A stretch of DNA of 63,028 nucleotides, the filler included, from Lenisia limosa (lineage: Eukaryota > Protista > Breviatea): assembly GCA_001655205.1 (NCBI GenBank). It is 9 parts of 9 records of this genome, joined end to end, with 100 filler letters (N's around TTAATTAATTAA, not from the genome) between each part and the next. Parts side by side here need not be neighbours in the genome. Positions count along the whole stretch, not along the records: positions 1 to 16,077 come from LPNZ01011248.1; positions 16,178 to 20,421 come from LPNZ01011143.1; positions 20,522 to 27,465 come from LPNZ01010597.1; 6 more parts are not named here. One strand, written 5' to 3'. Each line of letters starts with the position of its first letter. Position 1 is the stretch's first letter. The position numbers and the translations under genes were made by a program. A model generated the notes under the pieces. That model did no database searches, was not told the DNA's origin, and was given only the letters and a program-made list of their open reading frames with translations. Of this stretch, positions 12,101 to 22,701 are shown piece after piece.

Positions 12101-15100
12101 TGGTAAGTTTAAGTCAATACGCTACCTCTCCCATTATGGCATGTGTTGTTTTGAGGCTTCACTTCGGTTCGAAAAAGTCCAGTCAAATTAGTTTTCGAGG
12201 ATTCATCTAGAAATTCAGTCTTTTTGAACCAAAGTGAAGCCGTAGTTATTTTTTTACCAAGTTTGTCACACAACGGTCAATCTTAAACGTCTAATGATGC
12301 CAGGCGAAGAGTTCCCATTTACGGCCCATTTGAGCGGTCATCTGCACAACGGCATGGCGGGTATCCAGCCTCAGGTGGCGGGGGGATACGGTAGTTCGAT
12401 ACAGCTAGTAGTATCTTGGTGTAAAGGTACTTCGCCTCAGCTTTGTTTTAGAGTAAAACAATCCATTAAATTCAGCAAGAAAATATATCATACATATTTA
12501 TACGTAGTACATCTACATATATATTAGATATATCTCGAGTAACATCGGAATACATAGTAAAGACTCATCTTTCAGGGGCATATGCAGCTGACCACTTCGG
12601 ACTTTTCCCGCAAACAAACCGTCCGCATCATTGCTCTTGGTAGGCATCCAATGTGGCTTTTCAAATGAAAATGAGCTTTCAAAGATAAAGCTATGTGCTT
12701 GATCCCTTCCACTTCCTCCNNNNNNNNNNNNNNNNNNNNNNNNNNNNNNNNNNNNNNNNNNNNNNNNNNNNNNNNNNNNNNNNNNNNNNNNNNNNNNNNN
12801 NNNNNNNNNNNNNNNNNNNNNNCCATCATTCTTGCAACATTCCCCTACGATGCTGAGGCTGCCCTTGGTGCTGACCACCATGTTGCTCGTGATGAAGTTA
12901 GTGGATGGGGAGTAATGCAAAATTTTATATAAAAGCCCAAATTCAACTTGGGGGGGGGTAAATTGGAAAAAATTTGAGGAAAACGAAGGAAATTTCGATG
13001 AAGACTATTGACGTAAAGATACTAAACACGAACCAATAATGTGGGAGTTGGGGGGGTATTGCTCAGATGAGGGGGATTGCGTTTTTAGCCAGATCTAAAT
13101 ATATCATATACGCTTTTGATATGGTCCTTTTTCTGTAAGCACCAATTGACTATTACCAGACCACCACCTTCCGCGTCTTGGTTTGGACCGACAGCGACGA
13201 CGTCACCGTTTTCGTGTCCGTTAACAACAACATCGAAATCCAGTTGTACAGAGCGGAGGGTTTGTGGGGTGAAAATTCTGCTTTTTATATCTTGAAGCTT
13301 CTGTTTCTTTATGTGCTATTATTCCCCATGGAACTGCCGGATCAATAATCATAGCTAAGTACTGAAGCTGGCAGAGTTGATTATTGAGTTACTTCATACA
13401 TCTTCCATTGTTATGTTGATTATGGGCTTTTTTTGTTTAATAAATTTTCCAATTTTACTCCCCCGCCGGTTGGAAGCTTCCGTATTCACTGCACAGCTGG
13501 CAAGCCGCTTTTCACCGCCACCATACCCGATATTGTGGACACTAAAGCGGCCGGAATACAGAATATGCAAATTCGTGCTGTTGATACTGATGGTGGGGGG
13601 GGGGGGCAGNNNNNNNNNNNNNNNNNNNNNNNNNNNNNNNNNNNNNNNNNNNNNNNNNNNNNNNNNNNNNNNNNNNNNNNNNNNNNNNNNNNNNNNNNNN
13701 NNNNNTACTTTTGAAACAAATCTCATAAGAGCTGAAACAGATCTTATTCCTACAGGCAGAGAAACTACCAAGAACATCATCGTTTCTTTTGATGGGTCAT
13801 ACGAAACCCCTTCGTCTGGTGGGCAGGGTGTGGGTGAATAATTGCCAAACCATTTGAAAGTGGAAGCTGTTCTTAGGTTGTGATTTTGTAGTAATATAAT
13901 ATATAATACGCAGTGATACTGGAGCCATGTGATGATATTTGTAATACTTGAACTTGAACCCACGGTACATTTCATTGTTTAGTGACACGAGCTCTGTACC
14001 TTGCTCCGACTGCGATGTGTAGGTGGAGCTTATCTCTTTGAAAGCAATCCGCTAAACGAAATGAAACTTTAGGGTGGAATAGGGCTTCACTTCGGTTCTG
14101 ATGTTTTCGATAAATCCTCGAAAACTATCGATATTTTGCCGAACCGAAGTGAAGCCTCAAGGTGGAATGATTTTTGCTCTGTTGACCAAATAAGCCTGCT
14201 TTGACTCAAGCTAAACTTTGATTTCGAAAAGGTTGACTTTATTCATATCGTTGGATGGCTTCAGCCAATGGCTTCACTTCGATTCGAAAACAGACGAATT
14301 TCTCGATAAATCTTCGAAAACTATCGATATTTTAGTGTTCTTTTTCGAACCGAAGTGAAACCTTATAGCCTGATATTAATATACTGATGCAATCGTCTCC
14401 CAATAACCTCCCGTAGTCATGTACGTCACATGCCTTGTTGTGATTCTGTTCTATCTCCTGACGGCGACAACGCTTTTGAAGGACTATATGGTCAGCACAG
14501 GAAAATGGGAGGCTTTCGAACTCAGGATTGCCAAGGACTTCCTAGGTTGGCTTGTTGGCTGGAGATAATACAGTTTATAAAATCTATGGAAAAGAAATGA
14601 ATAATGTATGCATGTATGTAATATGTACACTGACTGGGATAGTCTTGACTTATTTTTCTTGGGAATCACATAGCAAATAGGTCAAGGCTTACCCCGGTTA
14701 CTGTATGATATCTTCAATGGATAAACTAAATAAATGCTATATTATACAACCGGGCTCTACGCATACTCTCCAGTTGCTGTCATTTCATACGTTTTCCAGT
14801 TAAGTTCAACGTTTCTTGCTCATGGTTGTTATTGCTCTCTCTCTCTCGTTTTTTTTTCTCTCTCTCTCTTTCTCTCTCTCTCTCACTCACTCTCTCTCTC
14901 TCTCTCTCTCNNNNNNNNNNNNNNNNNNNNNNNNNNNNNNNNNNNNNNNNNNNNNNNNNNNNNNNNNNNNNNNNNNNNNNNNNNNNNNNNNNNNNNNNNN
15001 NNCCTCCCAGCCATTTGCAAACCAAAAAGGGCCGCCCATCTTGCTGCCCTCTTTGAGGGCCCTGTCAAAGCCTATGTTGAGAAAACCCTCGAGGCCAGGC

Positions 15101-16050
15101 GACAGAGGGTGGGAGAGGGTGGGAGAGGGTGGTAGTACTTATACCAGAGCATATTATTTTTGGTGGAAAAGAGAACATTGGAGACCTAAGGTATCTTACA
15201 TGTTGTTGTGTGTATCAGAAATGGATATCTTTCACGTTGTGTGTATCAGAAATAGAAAAGTCAAAATGCAGCAGATCAATATATACAGAATTAATTTAAC
15301 AGATGTTGGTACCGATTGATGAGACTGACCTGCCTAAAAAGGAAGTTTCTGATGGGTAGGCCTTAATAGACGTGATTTTGGTAATATGTGTGATCTTAAT
15401 GTAAGACATACATGATGTTAAATCGGAACCAACTTTTTCACTCACCTCACAGTGCACTTAAAGCCTTGCTCTTGGCCCTATCGAGACAATTCCGCCTCGC
15501 AACGTGGCAATACAGCAAGGTTGAGGGGGGGGGGGNNNNNNNNNNNNNNNNNNNNNNNNNNNNNNNNNNNNNNNNNNNNNNNNNNNNNNNNNNNNNNNNN
15601 NNNNNNNNNNNNNNNNNNNNNNNNNNNNNNNNNNNNNNNNNNNNNNNNNNNNNNNNNNNNNNNNNNNNNNNNNNNNNNNNNNNNNNNNNNNNNNNNNNNN
15701 NNNNNNNNNNNNNNNNNNNNNNNATTTATTGTGTTACATATTTTACACTCCTGGGATGGATGAATAAGTTTGTACTGGCTTGATGTTATTCATATGTTGA
15801 TAACTCGGTGTACAACTAATGGTAGCGTGTGTCATAGGTTATACTGTGTGGAACTTTTGTCATCTTATTTACGGTTGAAATGTATTTTATCGCAACTTAC
15901 GATCACTAGATCGAAAAAACACCGCGAATCATCCTCATTTTCATTCTGTACCTTTGCACAGTGCTTCCCATGTTATGGGGCCCTATCTTTGCTCATGGCC
16001 ACTTTGGTGCTTTGTTCCCTTTCGCTAGGTTGGTTCTTTGGATGGTGCTA
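9107..16050 (+). CDS. TMEM62: TMEM62-like calcineurin-like metallophosphoesterase, 3' end cut by scaffold end
   Basis: Spliced exons 9107-9292, 9643-9730, 10027-10096, 10215-10291, 10450.. give an N-terminal TM segment then QITDIHLS, VIVSGDITD, IIDLMGNHDQFN, AHLSGHLH, HMQLTTSDFSRKQTVRIIAL, TFRVLVW, LWGPIFAHGHFG. Motif order matches the TMEM62 family as I recall it. Confidence 0.85.
12153..12244. mobile_element. MITE M1 (core in opposite orientation)
   Basis: TIRs; TSD gttgtttt/gttatttt. Confidence 0.8.
14080..14159. mobile_element. MITE M1, shortened
   Basis: TSD gggtggaa/aggtggaa. Confidence 0.85.
14267..14365. mobile_element. MITE M1
   Basis: Full core and degenerate TIRs; TSD not clear. 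Confidence 0.8.
14628..14703. mobile_element. MITE M2
   Basis: TA-CACTGACTGGGATAGTCTTGAC..GTCAAGGCTTACCCCGGTTACTG-TA. Confidence 0.75.
14836..14910. repeat. (CT)n microsatellite
   Basis: Direct reading; runs into an N gap. Confidence 0.95.
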
Positions 16051-16077
16051 GTTCAAATTGAAGGAATTCCAAAGAGA

Positions 16078-16177
16078 NNNNNNNNNNNNNNNNNNNNNNN
16101 NNNNNNNNNNNNNNNNNNNNNTTAATTAATTAANNNNNNNNNNNNNNNNNNNNNNNNNNNNNNNNNNNNNNNNNNNN
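16078..16177. other. Artificial scaffold spacer N44-TTAATTAATTAA-N44 (also 20422-20521, 27466-27565, 49249-49348, 52357-52456, 54234-54333, 57898-57997, 59180-59279)
   Basis: Identical 100-nt structure eight times; the 12-mer places stop codons in all six frames. Confidence 0.97.
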
Positions 16178-17949
16178 GCATCAGCATCTTCATCCTAAAA
16201 CCGTAATACTCTGGTTGTTTTTGTAACAGTGGGTAGGAAGAGTTGAAGAAGGAACAGAAGAAGAAGGAGAAGACCATAGTGAGGGGGAGCAACACATGCG
16301 TCCTTCACTGCGAGTTCGTATTTCGGTCTAGATGCCTGAAATCCTAAGATCTATTGAACCACTAATTATTGCTCAATATATATCAGATCAGAGTGCTGCC
16401 ATCACCGAAAAGTCGCGTCCATTTCAATTCATGGAGTCTGACAAAGAAGAGTTACATTTCAATTCATCCGAAAATGATAGTTTTCAAAATAAGTTGTCCA
16501 CTTGATCGTTTTTGAGGTATACAAAGCAACCCACGGAAATTAGGGTATTTTTATCAAGCAAACGAAAAAAAAAAAAAACNNNNNNNNNNNNNNNNNNNNN
16601 NNNNNNNNNNNNNNNNNNNNNNNNNNNNNNNNNNNNNNNNNNNNNNNNNNNNNNNNNNNNNNNNNNNNNNNNNNNGATCTCCAATATAGAAAAAAAAAAA
16701 TAACTTCAGCATCACTGCATTGCGTAATGTAAATCAAGGCAGAAAATAAGTACAATGTCAATAATTACACAAATACACAGCCAGAGACAGTATTTGGCAA
16801 TATCAAAACTGGACCTCCCTGAGTGAAAAGTGAGTGAAAGAAGAACACAAATACAAGCAATTTCTCCAAGGATTTAATCTTGTTACAGTATTATGTATTC
16901 AAAGAGCCACTAACCTTCTCGGAAGAAGCAAAGTACGTCGAGTCTGGAAGAGATGAAGCTGAAATAGCAGAAAGCGGGTGCGCCTTTGTGTTAAATGTGT
17001 TAGAAACTAGGCCAGGGCTGCTATAAACAGGACTGTCGACTTCTTGGGGACAATCTATAAAGAAACATTAATGCCTCAGCCTAAAGGTGTTGTGCTTTCA
17101 GGTATACGAGATTTTATATCAAACACTTGTGGCAAATGCCCAACAAACATTGCGAATGCCAAGTCTGGCCTGGGTCAACTGCTATCTTCCCAACCATGTC
17201 GTTAAATTTGGTTCCATAAACTAATATACTCTTTTAAAGAGCCTTGAAGCAAAACACCGCAAGGAAAACTGCGGGAAAGAAAAGTGAAGTGTCAAAACGC
17301 TAAAACTCCCAAAACAGCTGCACACAGAAAAGTGTAATGCTTAGTGGTTAATAATTGTACAAACGGTCTTTGAATAAATCTCTTCAAAAAGCAGCTTGTC
17401 TCGGATGAAAAACGGAGAGTTGTTCGTGGTCGGAAGATACGGATAAATTCCTGTTGATCCTCCACTGCGCTGTGGTAGTTTTTATATCCTCTCTGAACAG
17501 GCTGAGCTTTCTTATATAAATATAGGAATTAATTTTAAAGGGGAACACGTTTGAATTTCGTTTACTACAGGAAATCAAAGTAATTGTCCCGCTTTTGCCT
17601 CAGCATTTTTCAACTTGAGAATGCTTGCAATTTCTGCGATTTCTCTTCTACACTTATTGTTTTTGTTCTCAATTTGTTCTCGTCTTTTGAGGTAAACGGG
17701 CAAAGGAGAAAAGGAGAAGATAGTTTGGGAGTTAGGGATATTCTTATTTGGGAGGCCAACATCACATCCAATATGATTAGAATACTTGCTAATCACCTCA
17801 GCACACAAAAGAGCAAAAAGGTATCGCCGATGTGTTATCATTCCATCCGTCATTCCATCCTTCAAGAAGCCTTCCAAAAAGGAAAGATAAGAGAAGACCC
17901 CCTCTCATACCTCCAATCAAAATAAACGTCTGAATCTCCATTAACACTT

Positions 17950-20100
17950 TACATACCCTACATTCTGGAGATTGGTCCGGACTCTAAGCCACTATCCGGG
18001 AAGTCTTTGCTGTTGTTTTCGTCCCACTGCTTCACAGGGCGCTGGAGGGGAGTAAAATGAAGGAAATTTTGATGAAGAATATTGACGTGAAGGTATTAAT
18101 CACGAAGAAACCACAAAAAACCCATTCTANNNNNNNNNNNNNNNNNNNNNNNNNNNNNNNNNNNNNNNNNNNNNNNNNNNNNNNNNNNNNNNNNNNNNNN
18201 NNNNNNNNNTTGCCAAAACGGTTATTTCCACCAAACTGCCGGGGTGCTCCGGGGCGGCCGTCTCTGTTACCAAATTCACGGTTGTTGTCACGATTGTTCT
18301 GGAATCGGCCCGTGCCACGAGCCTCATTGTCGTCACGGTTTACACGGCCCGCGTTTTGGCTTCCGAAGGAGCCACGTCTGTCAGTGCGGGTGTTGTCGAA
18401 GTTCCTGTTGTTGTTGAAGGGTCTTGAGTTATCGAAGGATCTTGAGTTGGGGTTGAAGGGACGGTCCTCGTTGCTCTTGTTGTGGAAGGCTCTCTGGCGG
18501 TCAATACCGAGAGACTCGTCATTGTTCTCCTGAGAAGTCAGATTTTTGAATTTCTTCATTTTGTGAAAAACGCGATAAATATCGATATTTTCGAGTATCA
18601 ATCGACAATTCCGTTTTGAGAACTAGAAGTGATGGTGATCGAAAAAAATCGAGAGAAAACCAATTTTATTTCATATTTTCTTGTTCCCATATCCCCTCCC
18701 CCAATACCTCGAACATATCATGGCCCCAGGAATCCGCATCAGCCTTGGACTTTTCCTCTCTACGATAGCTGCGCTCCTAAAAGGAAATGAGTGTCGGTTA
18801 AACTAGGGCTTCCCTGTGGTCCAAAAAAGCCAGGTAAAAGATAGGTAGTTATCGAGGATTTAATTAGGTCTTGTCTTTGGTTTCAATACACACTTTTTTT
18901 TGGACCGTAAGCAGGCAAGTCTTGTTAAAACAGAGCAGACAAATTAAATGGCAAAGATGAATAAAGTTACCCTCGCAACCCCGCAACTGAAGTTATAATG
19001 GAAATACAAACAAGATCCCCTTCCTCCCATATCAGCACTAGGGCTTCACTTCGTTAGAAAAAAGACGGAACTTCTCGATAAATCCTCGAAAACTATCGAT
19101 ATTTTACCGGACTTTTTCGAACCGCAGTGAAGCCGTAATCAGCAACCCCCCTCACCTCTTGGCGATCGTCCGAGTCACGTGCCAGAGGGTGGGTGAAGGT
19201 ACGGCGTTCGGGGAACCCTGGTGTGTCAAGTGATGAGGGGGGGGGGGNNNNNNNNNNNNNNNNNNNNNNNNNNNNNNNNNNNNNNNNNNNNNNNNNNNNA
19301 AAACTTCAATAACAAACACGAGCAACCAACGCTAAGTAAAACACAGGATTGCAATCGCAATAATAATAATAAAAAAACTGGGAAGAAAAGAAACGGATGC
19401 AAAAGCAGGAGCTTTACTTGTCCAAAAAAATAATAATATTGATTCGATCAGTGCTCCTACAAGACCCGCCAAACCTGACACTCTCTCATCCAAACGATCG
19501 TTCCTGTCGCCTCTTCTAAACGTGTCAACAGAGAGGGGATCAAAGGCAACATTCCTGTTATTTGCTTCATGTGACTGTTGCAAACTTGCCAAAACAATCA
19601 GACCTCCCTTCAGAAAAAACCCGGTCAAGACTAGTGCTTCACTTCGGGTAGACAAAAGACCGAATTTATCGATAAAACCTCGAAAACTATCGATATTTTC
19701 CCGGGTTTTTTCGAACCGAAGCGAAGCCTTTGTCAAGACTATCAACTGCCCCCAACCTGGAGGGTCTACTATCACGACGCTCATCACCACGTCTGTCATC
19801 ACGCCTGACAGTTCGATGCGCATCTCTCTCGCTTCTAGGGGGATTAAAAATGGAAAAATTATGAAACAAAAAAAAAACTCAAAATCAAATGTTAATTCCT
19901 TCTTCCAATAAGTAAAAGAAAGTGCCACTTCAAAAGTACCCACTGGTGATGATTCTGTTCACATTTTACAAAATGTACTCCAAGACTATGAGAGATTTCT
20001 TCCCCCGAAGCCATCACCCTCCCACCTTTCCTTTCTGTCACTTCTTTCATGCCCGCTTCCGCTGCGGACATCGGTACGCTCAGTTCCGAGACGGCTGNNN
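17950..20100 (-). CDS. Low-complexity R/D/G/N-rich putative RNA-binding protein with WxHD motif (ALY/REF- or Btz-like), partial
   Basis: Exons read SERDAHRTVRRDDRRGDERRDSRPSR, ...KADADSWGHDMFE, then an N/R/G-rich exon 18540->18210; clean GT/AG boundaries. Confidence 0.5.
19039..19137. mobile_element. MITE M1
   Basis: TSD atcagcac/atcagcaa. Confidence 0.9.
19632..19731. mobile_element. MITE M1
   Basis: Perfect TSD GTCAAGAC (19624-19631, 19732-19739). Confidence 0.9.
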
Positions 20101-20521
20101 NNNNNNNNNNNNNNNNNNNNNNNNNNNNNNNNNNNNNNNNNNNNNNNNNNNNNNNNNNNNNNNNNNNNNNNNNNNNNNNNNNNNNNNNNNNNNNNNNNNN
20201 NNNNNNNNNNNNNNNNNNAAAACAAGCAAATAGATACAAATCGGTGAGAGGAGGAGGGGATTAAAATTGAAAAGATTATGAAACAACAAAAAAAGCCCAA
20301 AATCAAATCTGTTGGCTGACCACACACAAGAGTTGATAGCAACAAAACAAACAAAACACAGGTCAGTCGCTTCTGCAGCACCGTATGCCCAAGTAAAATT
20401 GGAAAATAAGGGGAGGGAGGGNNNNNNNNNNNNNNNNNNNNNNNNNNNNNNNNNNNNNNNNNNNNTTAATTAATTAANNNNNNNNNNNNNNNNNNNNNNN
20501 NNNNNNNNNNNNNNNNNNNNN

Positions 20522-22447
20522 TATCACGAAGAGCGTAGAAACGAGCAAGTGCCGACGGGCTGTCAGCGAAACAGATGTGGGCGTCACAGAGGGTCACGAG
20601 ATGCTGGATTGCTTCGGGGCCTGAGGAAAAATATTATTTTCAGTTCATTCAAGGAGCAACTGTTAAGAAGAGCTTATGAAACACCAAAAGAATAAAAAAA
20701 TCTAATATGTTGGGCGTAACATTTGAAAAACTGGGGGTCTAAAAATAATGCCATAAAAATATCATATTAAGTAGTGTGATCTCTGTAGCGTAATCTAAAA
20801 CAATTAAGTAGGTTTGAAAATTAATGGTCCTTATGATATACTATGGACTATTAAAATATCAATATTCAACTTTACCCCNNNNNNNNNNNNNNNNNNNNNN
20901 NNNNNNNNNNNNNNNNNNNNNNNNNNNNNNNNNNNNNNNNNNNNNNNNNNNNNNNNNNNNNNNNNNNNNNNNNNNNNNNNNNNNNNNNNNNNNNNNNNNN
21001 NNNNNNNNNNNNNCTCCAAATTTGGCAACAAACCACTCCACACTGTTGAAGCCTGTGGAGTGTTCGTTAAAACGGCACCATTACAGCACTATGAATAGAA
21101 ACTAAGGATACAGCATAAATAGGGCTTCCTAGATACCAAAAAAGACTGTTTTCACGACAAATCTTAGATGAACATCGATAAAACCCACCCTCCGCCCCCC
21201 CGTACCAAGAATGGCGACACCAGCATGGCGGGGCAGTCCGAGTTTGACAAAAGCGCGGCCGGCTTGCATAATCTGAAAACGTGAGCAATGAGGTGCGATT
21301 GTTAGAGGCAAGGTATCACTAGTCTGTGCCCCTAGATGATATATTACTCAATTTAATTTATATATATTTTTTGAAATGAGCAAGGGCTAGCTGAAAATGA
21401 GAGAAATTGGATTATCTCAGAAGCAAAAATGTCTTGATATTACGAGAAGTGGGTGAACAATTAAAGGAGCATATTACAATATCATTGACATAGATGTTAT
21501 ATTATGGGTCAAGAAATAGTAACACATTGCACATCAACTTAGGGTTCCCATATGGGACTCCCATGTAACTAATGGGAATCCAAACTTAGAATTCCCCAAA
21601 TCCAATGCGTCATAGCAAGAAACAGTACATATATGATATACAAGGCTGAAGTATAAACATTTAACAAAAAGAATATTGAAGAAAAAAAAAACAAACAAAA
21701 AAAACCTTATGTCCAAATATTTTGATGAAAGCCTGTTGAAACTAGTATCATAAAGCTCAACTAAAACACTGTGGAACAAGTCAATAGATACTTTGAAAAA
21801 AAAATGATAGGTCCTCATTGTTTTCCCTCATAGTTCGGCAATTGTGACTTTCCCGAAACTACTCATTGCTCCAAAAAAACAACTAGGTAAGCGAAGCTCA
21901 AGAGATCTCACCGCAACCAAAACAACTCAAATGGCATTCACGCCCAACCTGTTGATGGTATTGTCTCCACGTGAGTTCGTCCCACTTTCCCTCCTTGTTC
22001 TTGGTGTAGAGAGCACCCTGAATTGAATAACCGAAGGAAGGTGCGTAGGAAGACAACGAAGGGAAAAACTAGTGTGACTCAGCGCATTACGGCGGATTAA
22101 TTCCGGATCTAATTGAATACAACATATTACAAGTCGAATTATACGTTACGCCACTTAATTCCTGGAAACAAACGTGTGCAAATGACCTCACTATGTGCCG
22201 ATGGCCTAATACCCGGACTAACCTTGTCACCACGGATTTCAATAGCCTCATCGAAGCTCTCCATCACAGTAAGAGGCTTCCATTCAGGAGGGGAATCTTC
22301 GCCAACCTAATATAAATGAAACTTGGCTCAAATACTATCATTACTCATGTAATAAACCCGCTTTGTAGCACTCACAATGGGCGGAAATTCCTGCGATGCT
22401 TCAGTGATCCACACATCGGTCCTAGTAGGGAGTCCTTCTTGCGCCAT
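20522..22447 (-). CDS. ACSBG: Long-chain acyl-CoA synthetase, bubblegum (ACSBG) type, N-terminal part
   Basis: ATG at 22447. Exons PEWKPLTVMESFDEAIEIRGDK / GALYTKNKEGKWDELTWRQYHQQ / IMQAGRAFVKLGLPRHAGVAILG / FNSVEWFVAKFG / PEAIQHLVTLCDAHICFAD match the ACSBG N-terminal region. Confidence 0.85.
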
Positions 22448-22701
22448 CCTATGTAACTTTTCTAGTTTACACCACTAAGAACAAATTTACTGACTTCTAA
22501 AAGGCCCAAAAAGTTAAAAAATTTATTATAAAATAGCCATATAATTATGGGGAATATATCATCCATTTAATAGTGGTTAGAGCGAATATGTCCTATCATG
22601 CACCTCTTTTGTCTTATCAAACCCTCTACTATTACCACATCAACTTTTGAACTTAGAAAAAGAGAAAAACAAAAAGCCAGAAGTTCCCTTTGGTAACTCA
22701 A

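Noticed and set aside
16122-16133. TTAATTAATTAA as a biological motif (PacI/piggyBac site)
   Set aside because: Always centred in an identical N44 frame; artificial spacer.
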